Shown here: positions 38,017 to 49,544 of the stretch, piece by piece
Layout of the letters: every line of letters starts with the position of its first letter
Numbering within the stretch: position 1 is the first letter of the stretch
From: Botryllus schlosseri
Taxonomy: Eukaryota
Length of the DNA: 64,000 nt
Direction of reading: 5' to 3'
Assembly: GCA_051294905.1 (NCBI GenBank)
Contig: CM119371.1
Span: 6,388,001 to 6,452,000, forward strand
Program-made: the position numbers and the translations under genes
Notes under the pieces: model-generated
The model's database searches: none
Told to the model about the DNA's origin: nothing
What the model saw: the letters and a program-made list of their open reading frames with translations, nothing else

Positions 38017-41000
38017 GTCATCTATGCCCACATTGAATGTACAGAGTCGTCGCATGATGATACTTGAGAACATGAATTTGTTTTCCATGATGTTTGTACA
38101 CCGACACATTGTATGTACACCTCGTTTACGCGAATACTTGTGAACAATCGTGACGTTACTTGTATGTGATGGTGTATGCATTGGTATTTTTCATGGAGAC
38201 AAAACACGGTCTGTAACATGTTTACTTGAATATTGGTCGTTGGTTCATGAGTGAATATCCGGATCAGGCCCACACACTTTCTCATATTAGTGATCCGGTT
38301 TCAGCTGACTGGAGCGACATGTATTGACCGGTAAAGACACAATATAGTAAACAGACCTGAGGAAACTCACAAGTAACCCGGAGTTGTCAGCGCGATGGGG
38401 AACATAAATTCATCCGTTTTCCGAACATCATTATCCGTGTACCAACCAGTTACCAAAGTCGAGGAGGTGTTTTATTCAGACATTTTGACTCTGGAAAATC
38501 CAAAGCGCGAACCATATCGCGGCCATATCGGAAACCCCTTTATTCCCCAATTACGAAAACATACATGTCGATGTACAACAGCACATTGTTATTGCATGCG
38601 AGTAACCAATGATTTCGATGGGATGCATCAGAGCAAGTGAATATTTGATTAGACAAATGTATCGGAGTCGTTGTTGGTGTATATTTTGTCACTGCCCGTT
38701 GTAACAATATACAAAAATATCAAATTGTTCGGTGTGGTTGTCAATTTTCAAAACGAAAATGGTATTGTTACCCAGGTGAAAGATAGATTTCCAAGTGAAA
38801 ACTGTATTGGTACTCAGGCAAATGATAGTTTTCCAGACGAAAAGGGTTTGTTACACAGGAGAAATGATTAGTTACTCTAGGTAAAAGTGTTTTTCCAAGT
38901 GAAAATGTATTGTTACACTGGGTAAACGCCGGATCTCCAAAGAAAATGATATTTTTACTCGGGTAAACGACGACCACCAAGTCAAAATGGTGTGTTGCTC
39001 AGGGAAAAAGGTTTGTTAACCAGAGAAAAAATATATTTCCAAGTGAAAAAAGGTTTGTTAACCAGAGAAAAAATATATTTCCAAGTGAAAATGGTTTCTT
39101 ACTCTGGGTAAACGTCAGATCTCCAAAGGAAAATAATATGTTTAGTCAGGTAAACGATGGACTGGCAAGTGAAAGTGCTAATTTTACATAGGTAAACGTT
39201 GTGGGTTCAGTGTCGTTGGTCTTGTTAAACGTTATCGCTTGACGTTGGTATACTATTACGAGTGTGAAAAGGTTATGCACGTCTTGTGCGGAGTATCGCG
39301 ACAGTGAACATATTTTTGGTGTGACGAAACAAGATCGTTGTTTACATGTTAATGCATTTCGATTACCGAGTAGTTGTACAACAGAGAGGAGTCTACAGTT
39401 AGTTCGTGCTGTATGTCCCGACGAAAACCACAAGACCGCATGTAAATCTATTAGCACAAGTCGATGATGTTGATATAGCGTTACTTGATTTAATTATTAC
39501 CTATTTACACAACATAAAAATTCATGTCGTAGTAAGTAAGTTTCCTGAACCCGTGCTTGATGAAAACGAATGGTGACAAATATGCGTTTGTGTTTGAGTG
39601 AAAAAGAATTATTTAGAGTAGTGACAGTTTGTGGCCAACGAATGCAAATCGATCATGATATTACAATATACGCTTTCGTCAACATAACGACTTGGTGTAG
39701 AAATACTTTCACGTTTTTTGAATAACTGGATTCTCGAGACTTGTTACTTGTACGATGTACCGTTGGTGTGCAAACTATAACGACCATTTTGTATGATAGT
39801 ATGTTTTACTAGTGAGGATAACCATATGATGACTCAGCACTTTTCGTTAGCAAAGTAGTTTGATCTATGTGAAAGATTCGAGAGTCGTCACTAGAAAACG
39901 TATGTACTCTGTTGTTGGAGTAGCTGGTTTATTGCTATGACATTGACAGAATCTCGAGAAGTGAGTATGCCTTACATTCACGAAAGTTTACGTGGCTCCG
40001 TTGTAATAAATTGGTGTTAACTAATCTCGGTTGGATACTGCAATTGTGCTGGACTTACACGCGGTATTCGCATACTGCGCACATGCAAACTTTTGTGTTA
40101 ACAACTCTGGTGTTTCTGTTGGTACTAGTGCTGTGTTGAACTATTTGGTTCTTAAGACACATGAACAACCATTCAGACAATAAAGTTCTTGAGGTAACGA
40201 AACAGTTTGTAGAGTCAAACCAACCATTCTTTAGTTTCGTAATGTGAGAATATCGAGTAAAGTTGATTACTTTGTGCGATGTAAATATCTTTCGTACTTT
40301 TGTAAGAGTTGTGGGGGTCTCATGAAAAAGTAACTAGTTGACAAAAACAAAATATTGAATGAAGGTTCGTCTGTTGTTTTCATAAGTCAAGAGAGTGAAA
40401 ATTGTTGTTGTTGTTTTTGTTACACTAAATCGAAATAGTGTGAAAGCGTCACCAATCATTGCGTATGTTCGTAGCATGGAATATCGAATATTTTCGTGTG
40501 CCGTGAATATCTTTCATAAACACATAGTATGAAATGAGATGTGTGGAATAATAATTAGTCTCCAACAAAAGTAAAACTTGTTGTGTTTGCTTGTGTACTT
40601 TTTATCATTGTTTGTTGTTGAAAGACGGGTGAGTTTACATTTAAATATAGTAAGCGGGACAACTCAAGTAATAAATTTTGCTCGGTTGAAAATCGACTCG
40701 TTTGAAAATACCGGTCAATGGAGTAACAGTATCAATATGAGTGGTATATTATTTTTCGAGAGATGCACCAATCTTCCAAGCATAACTTGTCAAAAATTTA
40801 TCATGTCATAGTCGGCTGTTACGAATTCGACACAAATGTACTTCGATTATTACGATGATGGAAATTACGTTCAAGGGAGTATTTCGAAGTAGTATATTCA
40901 GCAATTACCAAATAACAAAAAATATCAAACTGTGCATACAACTCGGTTAGGTAAACGATACAGTTACAAGTCGGATGTAAGCTTGATTTACAGATTACAG

Positions 41001-44000
41001 TCTGCTGATGTAAAGCTCGACCACTCCACTGTGTTTATTGCAAAGTATTTGACACAAACAAAATATTGAACGAAGGTCCACCACTTGGTTTCATTACAAG
41101 GTGAGTGAAAATTGTTTTCTGTTGGTCAGGTATGATTTGCATTTAGAAAAACGATCTACACCGATTAAGCGACGCTGTTTCATATCTGATGAGTGAGTGA
41201 AATTTCCTTATGGTTTGATTTAGCGAGTTAATTATCGGTGATTCAATCAGATACAAGTAAGATCTTTAGTGACAGAGTATTGTGATGACATTTACTTTAG
41301 CGAATGACAACGGAAAAATTCTCGATTACATTGTCGGTGTATGTGTTACACAAATAATTCTAGTACACCTAACCATAGGGTACATTTGGCAAACATCGTA
41401 CAAAGTGTTTCTTTGTGTTGGTAACGACTTTCAGCGGTTTGGTTTCATGTCGGGAATTATTATTTGAGGGTTCAAAAAACAATTTCAATCAATGCTACAA
41501 ATGAACAACAATGCAAAACACGTTTAGTGAATTACAGTGTAGCAAGTACTTCCTTAATATTACGATTGTTGTGCACTAGACATTTCTAGTTGAATTGAAT
41601 GCGTCGAGCAAACATATTCAATTTACTTTTGTAATGATCAAAGTCTTAGAGTGCAACCTCGTGATATTTTACATTTAGCACGTTCTATAGAAAGTGTGAA
41701 CGGAGTTGAGTATTAATCGTGTACTTGGGATAGTGCTTTGATATCAAAGATATATTTTCACACTGTGTAATGTTTCGATTCTCTGTTGTGAATACCTCCA
41801 GTAACGACATTGATGTTAAATCCTCACTCTTTGTCATTGTAAGCGAATCCTAAACATCGCAACAGTCGGTATGGAAATCGAACGCATGCATACTTTTAGA
41901 TAGGCGACACTAACAAGTTTATTACATCCGTGAAATACTCTGAAACGTCGATTCGTGATTGTGTTAGCTATATTCATCTTCTATATCTGTGGACACAAAG
42001 AATTCTTAACTTTGGTTACAGCTCATTCGTAACGAATTGTTGCGTGCAATCTAGAAAAGCACAAGTCGAAGACGAATGATTTGATTTCAATAAACTAAAA
42101 AAATTCCTTTTGTTTTGATGTTGGATTTAATACAATTTGTATGACTATACCGAATCCGAATCCGAAAGTGCAATGTTACTTTAGTAGAAAAATTGGATGA
42201 CTCGCATTTTGATATTGATAGATGTGTAGAGTAATATGACTAGTTTATAAAATCTCGGTAATGTTTTTTTTGTCATGTCTGTGATCAACAAATATGTGAT
42301 CAAGTCTTACCATTCGATATTAACTTTCGCAGTCGGTGTAATTTGTTGAAGTAACAATACCGACGAGTTCAATAATATTCTCCATCGATGCATTCGAATA
42401 ATCCGTCAGCTGCAAGCGGATTTAAAACTTGATGCTGTTTCGTGGTTAACTCAAGTCAGTGGTCGTGTTTGTGTTGATTTCAGGAATGATCATGACGAGT
42501 TGCCTGGGTAGATTAGTTAATGTGGTTGTAACTACGACCGTACAGAGTTGCTGACACCCCAATATCTTTTACGCTGTAATATACGGATTTAATTGTGATA
42601 AATTAATTCTCAGTTATTGTTCGGACATTCAAATCTCGTATACTCAAAATATAATATGTCCAAGTCAAATCGTATATGTACCGATTAGTAAATACTTTGT
42701 CTTCAGAATAGTAACGACCTTTACAATCGAATAAAAAAGACCGATCATACGAATACAGCCAGGATGAATTAATTCAAGTTTGTGAGTTGTAGTGATATAA
42801 TCAAGTAAGTGAAAACTAGATTTTTAACAATTGTTAATGTTGTGAAGAATTCTTTTGAGTATGGTAAGATGCTAAAATATCTCTTTGACAAACGGAAAGC
42901 GGGATCGCGAATAGAGTTGCAATGTTTCATTACTTGTTTCAAATCAATGTGCATATAATATCGAAATGGGACTGCGGGAAAGTTGGTAGTCATGTTTGTC
43001 AATCTATTTCAATTCAGACTATGTCAAAGTCCAAATATTTCATTTTGGATTATTTGGATTTACCTTTAGTACATCCGCGAATGGATTTAAAGTTGGTAAA
43101 TTACCAAAATGATTGAATATTATCGGGTTAGAGATAGTTGGTATTGATTCTATAACTGTTAAAACAGCGGCGTGGAATGTGTGAATAATTCAATGTGGCT
43201 GAAAGTCGGTGTCAGTAATATTCAGATTACGGTCGAATCAAAAGATCACATTAAAAAGATTTCTCAAATTAATTAGAATTGTACCGAATTAACACATTCA
43301 GATACGAATCAACTTGAGCTGTGTAGTAAGTTTCATTCCATTCGATTGATACATTGCTTGAATATTCGCATGATTCTTATCATACAACTAAAGTCAAACA
43401 CGGACAAAGTGTCAAAAACATATAGCGACCATACCAGAAAGTGTCAAATTGTTGGTTTACGAATCACCGTCTGCGACGACTCTGTGACAAACTAATTACG
43501 GAAATATTACCTTGTGAGCGGGCATGAGGGATCGCTTTGTCTGAAGCATTACCCTGTGAGTGTCGTAGGATTTTAAAATGATATCACACCCTTTTGAATA
43601 AGCGTTCACTTCACAAAGGATTAGGGTTAGAGCGGAAATAAGTGACAATTTGTCGCTATTCAAGTTACCGACACTGGCGGTCTGTTATTCGTTACTTATT
43701 AAATCGTACGAGTGAAATCAAGCTCTGTGCCAAACTGCTTACGAAAATTTCACCGCGTGAGCGATCGATATGCCTGTAACATCAAGTCGCGTATGTCTGA
43801 GACATTATCTTGTCAGCGAACGCAGGGTTTGCAAACTATTTCACACCTATTTGGAGTGTTAATATGTGAACGCGGCAATTGTTGGTATTGGAATCGCCGT
43901 CTACGCCGGTTCCGTGGTAAACTAATAACCAAGCGACTGATTCCTAGATTCAGCAAACTATTTCACACCCTTTTTGGTGAAAGTACGACATGCCGCTAGC

Positions 44001-44470
44001 ATTCTATCAACGAAAGTACGAATCATCGCGGCGCCCATAAGAATAACGATATATTAAAGTCGCACTCGCCGTAAACGTTGGGATCAACTCGAATCGGTCA
44101 TATATATTAATTTGTAATATACACATTAACTAAGAATCAATCACGTGACTATTTACTTGATACATATTCAACACCGTGCCGCCGCGCCTATACCCACAAC
44201 GTTAGTCAAATCATCTCTCCTGAAAGGTCACCCTGTCACCGCGCCTATACCTGAAAAGGTAACCATGCCACCACGAGTTTTCACGGCACCGTGCCGCCGC
44301 AGCCTATACCCGAAAAGGTAACCATGCGACCCCCGCCATAAGACACAATGGCACCGTGCCACCCCCGCCATAAGAGATAAGGGTCACCGTGCCACCCCCG
44401 GTTTTCTCGGCACCGTGCCACCCCGCCATAAGAGTCCCATAGCCGTTCGCGAGCGATCGTATATACTACT
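38017..44470 (-). repeat. Right arm (6454 bp) of the giant inverted repeat
   Basis: Reverse complement of 30547-37033. Substitutions found at 33733/41317, 36662/38388 and 37021/38029. Confidence 0.97.
38755..39200 (+). repeat. Degenerate 41-42-bp tandem repeat, about 10 units (mirror copy at ~35850-36295)
   Basis: Units resemble GAAAATGGTATTGTTACCCAGGTGAAAGATAGATTTCCAAGT and GAAAATAATATGTTTAGTCAGGTAAACGATGGACTGGCAAGT. Confidence 0.75.
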
Positions 44471-47400
44471 ACTACAACTACTTACTTTCCCAAGTCCACA
44501 ATTAGAAATAGAACTAGTCAGAGAAAGACGTAGTGAGTTGCACGTCACGAAACTAGATTGGTATTTGTACGAATCTCAATTTCAGGCAATGATCACCAGA
44601 AAGACAATATGTGTCGAGAGATCATCTACATCACGTTTTGAATCACAAGCACTTCATTGGATTTCACAGATTGTTCCAAGACAAGAATTTGTCGACATCG
44701 TTATTGAGTTGTGCTCAAGCAGGGTAAAAGCATTCCCACGTTACAATTGTAATGTCTTCCAAACTGTGGCGCAATTGCATCAGCCCTAATGTTCATTTCT
44801 AGCAGACTTGGACAGCTAGAACATTCTTATCGAATTATCTTAATTAGAACCAAATCTTGGTAATCTAGTTTTAACCTGGTTTATCAAAGCTTTTACGTCC
44901 ACATTTTAATTTCATATAGCATAACTGTATCGTATGAAACAGGCCAAGCTTGGTGTGCAGCTATTTTCTATTCTCCTGCTATATGAGAATAAATCTGGAA
45001 TTATTATCAAGTAAACTTGATTTTCGCACTATTTCTATGATGAATAGAGTAATTAAAATTCTAATCTAATTTGGAAAGGCTTGTATAGCTATCATGCTAA
45101 TTCTGGTCAAGTCTATAATGTCATGATTCACTCAAAATGAAGACGTGTGTTTTCTAGTTGATTGGCAGCTGAAATTATTTTAAATTCACAAATAGAATTA
45201 GGACTAGAACTACTCACTTTTCAAAATCCGCAACTAAATCTAGTACCCGGTATCTGAATTCCAGGCATTGCTCGTGGATGATCACCAGAAAGACAGAATG
45301 TGTCGTGATTGAAACTGCGATGGAGGTTGATCTCTCAAGTACGTCGTTGGATTTCACGGAGTTTGTCGACATCGTTCTCGAGTTGTGCAAACGAAAGGTA
45401 AAAGTATTTCATTGTTACGAATGTAATGTCTCTCAAACTGTGCCGGTCGCAAATGCATCAGCTCTGTAACGTTTATTACTGGTAGACATGGACAACCAAT
45501 TGATATCAAGTAAACTGATTTTGGTGTGTTTCATTTGCGGATTCCGTAATTCTAGTCTAATTTGTAAAAACTCTATGAAGCTGTAACTCTTATTTCAATC
45601 ACACTTTGGAAGACACAGTGGCTACAATTGTAATTCTCATCTAACGTAGAAAAAAAGCTGTGTAGCTATAATTTTAATTCTAATCTAGCATTGAAAAGCT
45701 GGAAATTTAGTTACACGACTTTGAACATTAGGGAGGGTCACAATGATTCGAGTACTCGGATCTGAGTTGAGTATTTATTCTAATAGTCAGAGTCGAGTAG
45801 TGAAATACGATTTTTATTGTAGTACTGAAATAATATGCTCCTTGCCCCAAGTGGTAAATTATTAACAATAAACTGAACTAAACTGAAGTGAGGGTAAATT
45901 CAGCAATGAGAACTATGGCTTCGATAGTATTTCCCACTGCGGAAAGCTGTGAACCTTAATAGGTCGTAACAGAGCATACGAAACATGTAGCACAAAGATG
46001 AACTAGTTACTAGAATGGACATATCTTTAAAGTCGTGATAAACTCACGGTATTGTAACAAAGTGCAATGAAATAGGTATGCTCTACAGAATTTACAAATT
46101 ATCGTAAAGCTTAAAAGGTAGTCTACACATTTTAACTTTCCGCATCATCCATACCGGTATGACATCATAATTAGTGAGTGATACTCGGATACTCGACTCG
46201 AAGCCTGATACTCAATTTAATTTCAAATCAGTGAAGCACTCGATTTCACCATACCCTACGTATGACAACTCAAATATCAAAAAGGCATCATGAAAGGCAG
46301 TTTTCAATTTGAGAGTTCATCGGTTCAAAAAATTTTATTCAGATTTTACCGGACCGCTATCTCAAGTAGGTTGAGATTCTCTGATTTAGATGTTCCCAAC
46401 AAATAATCTTGTGTTTTTTTCATCCTAGCAATCTGATTACCTTTAATTTATGTTTCAGTCGGTGATGGAAGTTTACAGAAAAGACGCGTCATCACAGAAG
46501 CAGAGACTCGTTATTGCATGCGACAGATTGTGATTGGCGTCGTTATCTTCACGATTGTAAGATCATTCACAGAGGTATCAAGGTAATAATTGTAGTGTAG
46601 TTGTCTAATAAAACTAATTAGAGAGGCTGCCTGTAATCTAATTGGTCAAATCTTTCTATGTTCTGATTAATCTCATTTCTAGTTCTCCTGAAATTGCTAC
46701 AGGAGAACTGTATCGTGCAAAAATAACCAAGCTCTGAATCTTGAATCTCTTCCCATCCACGGAATACGTTCACAATATCCGATCCAAATGTAGATTCTTA
46801 TTATAGTTCTAACTCCACAATTCTTGATTTCTAAATATATTTGGAAAATATATGTGAGTTAGTATCTGTGATTTGATTATTATCTGTGCATTTCTCACTA
46901 GAATGTTGGCAAGCGACCCGTTTCATTAAACCTCCGGCGACCGAATTCGTCAACGGCTACATGCCACAGAAACTGCGCACGACCGGACTGACCATGACGC
47001 CCAGGTTATCGGAAAGTCGTCACCAAAGCGTCCTTTGCAAAGTTTGGACGGTAAGATTTTTTTCGTGGGGCTTAGCAAGCTCGAGTTCCTGATTAATTCA
47101 ATTCTGAATCGAGTATTGCATTTCCAGCCGCGTAGTCGAGTCTCACACATTATAAGTTGAGCCCGGTCGATATCGTACTTTGAGTCGAAAACGAAAAGTA
47201 GCACCTTCACCGATAACCCCGATATGTTCAGCCGATATTGAAATATTATGTCATCTAGCTTAAGTCACATTTCCTAAAGCTTCAGAGCATTTATTTGAAC
47301 AACTTTGCGCGCTGGCCCGCGACCACAAAAAGGTTTGAAAACCACTGATTTAGATGTGTCCAACAGATAATATTGTTGTTTTGCTGCTATCAATACTATA

Positions 47401-47905
47401 TAAAGTTGACAAAAGAAAGTGTGCCATCACAGAACCAGGGACTCGTTACTAAGTGCAACAAATTCTGCTTGTAGTTTTTCATCTTCACGATTGTAAGATC
47501 GTTCACATATGGATATCAAGACCACATTTCTGGCAGTATTGTCAGACTTCTACAAACTACTCATTTTTCAAAATTCTAAACCGGAGTTAATACCCATGAA
47601 GAGTCTGCAAGTAATTAATAACTGATGACACAAATTACTGAATTACAAATGAGCTAGGAAATATCGGAGATAGAATCAGTATCAGGCGGTTTGTTTAAAA
47701 ATGACAGGTGTGTCAACCCCCAGAACGCACTTACTGCCTACGCCACTGTTTCTAGTTATGACTGTGATCTAGCAATGGCTGCAATGTCAAACAACTGAAC
47801 AACGGTATCACGATTCACGCCAAACAACAACGCATGTTTTCTAGATGTACGGAAATTGCTTTGGAAACGCATATCAATAACCATGCACTTTTCATAACTA
47901 CTACT

Positions 47906-49544
47906 GAGTAAGTCCACGTCAAATTAACCGCACTCGTCACCAGATTGCAATGAAAATGGAGGGGTAAATCAGGTAACCAATTCTGACTGCAGCAAACTTA
48001 ATTTTGTCAAAATTGGTCCACCCATCACAAAGTTATCGCATTTTAAAAAATGGCCATTTTGTGCTCACCCAACCATGAAATTTAATTACTTTTACATTAC
48101 CTGTTACAGTAACGCTTATAAAACAGCATAGTCAAGTACTTGAGAGTGGATCATGATGTCTAATGATAGAATAGAAGAAACTCTTGCTATTGAAGGGAAA
48201 TTGTCATTTAATCAAATGGGGACAGGGGTTAAAACCCACCTCATAAACCGACACTTTTCAAAATCGTTCATGCGTAACATGAACTTGAATTATATCTAGC
48301 GTAATTCTGTCTACACGAAAATTGGAAAGTAACATATCATATGAAAGCTTGTTTGGAAAGGAACATGGTTGACATGTTTTGCTAACTAATATTTGACAGA
48401 TAGTAGCTCTAAATTAACTTTACATAAATATTTCTGAATGCATGGGGTAATTCAATTTGAGATTAATCAAAAGAGAGATTGGGTATCTCTTAAATTTCAG
48501 ATTTTGCTGAAATTTGGCTTAAAACACCATGAAGTACATCCAAGTAAATATCAATTTATTTTAAATGAATTACATATGTAGTTTTCAAGTTATTGCATGA
48601 TAAAAAACAAGCTTTTTATGCTCATCCAACCGCGAAATTCAAGTGATTTTTTAGGCTGATTTGAAATTTTCTGTAAATAAGCTATTTTGACAATTAAAGA
48701 GTTGTTCTATTTGTTATGTTGTATAAATTGATCTATTCTATCATGCCGGACAAAAATTACTGATTTTTGATTGACATCCCAAAATGTCACTCATTAACCC
48801 CAGAAACCACTGAAGCGTAACAACAATATTTCAGGGGTCTCTCTCATTTCTGTCTACTTCAAAATTTTTGTAAATGGTGTCATATGAAAGCTGTTAGAAA
48901 AATGAATATCTAGAAAATGAGTAACATGCTGGAGTTTGTCTCAAGGTAACACAGCAACTACAATATCAAAATCAATTTTTAGGAAAATCACTACATTTTC
49001 ATGACCTGAAATATACCCTGTTTTCAAAACTTCGTAAGTAAATATTACATAAAAACTTATTTTCTAAGGAATCTATACTACAACAGCTTTCATATGCCAC
49101 CCTTCATAACTTTTTTCAAGTAGACAGAAATGAGAGGGAGACTCCTGAAATATTGTCATGCTTGAGTGATTTCCAGAGGCACCGTCTTTCAACTTGAGCT
49201 AAATTTTGGGGCGTGCACCAAAAATCATTAATTTCGCACTTGAATGATAGAATAGATCAATTTTTACAACATAACAAAGTGAACAACATTTTCAGGTCAA
49301 AGTAGCTCATTTACAGACAATTCCAAATATACTTAAAAACAGCCCTTCAATTTCACGGTTGAATGGGCATGAAAAGCATGTTTTTCATCATGCGATAACT
49401 TCAAAACTACTAAAGTAATTGATTTCAAATAAATTGCGATTTAGTGAGCTATACTTCATGATGTTTTGAACCAAATTTCAGCAAAATCTGACACTATGTG
49501 GTGACAAAATCCATTTTTTTGGTTGATCAGACATGGAATTACCC
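47906..49544. mobile_element. Foldback non-autonomous DNA transposon, Sola2-like
   Basis: Ends GAGTAAGTCCACGTC...GACATGGAATTACCC with a 4-bp TACT duplication (47902-47905, 49545-49548). A second left end starts near 48446, and 48446-48900 is a diverged inverted copy of 49080-49544. The superfamily is inferred only from the GRG ends and the 4-bp TSD. Confidence 0.6.

Larger units (their letters stand above)
30547..44470. mobile_element. Giant palindromic non-autonomous Polinton/Maverick-like element (13,924 bp)
   Basis: Starts AGTAGTATATACGATCG and ends CGATCGTATATACTACT. Perfect 6-bp TSD ACTACA at 30541-30546 and 44471-44476. The ORF track is mirror-symmetric (paired coordinates sum to 75050). 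No ORF longer than 146 aa. Confidence 0.85.

Noticed and set aside
43619..43632. TTAGGGTTAG telomere-like motif (mirror copy near 31420)
   Set aside because: Fewer than two full units; expected by chance.
31051..43999. Paired short ORFs (60-146 aa) in the arms as functional Polinton genes
   Set aside because: None shows pPolB, integrase, Walker A ATPase, adenain or capsid motifs. They are paired only because of the symmetry.
30547..44470. Palindrome as an assembly or fold-back read artefact
   Set aside because: Disfavoured, not excluded: a 6-bp TSD sits exactly at both ends, the flanks are different sequences that rejoin sensibly, and the arms differ by at least three substitutions and a 33-bp indel. 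Read-level confirmation is still needed.
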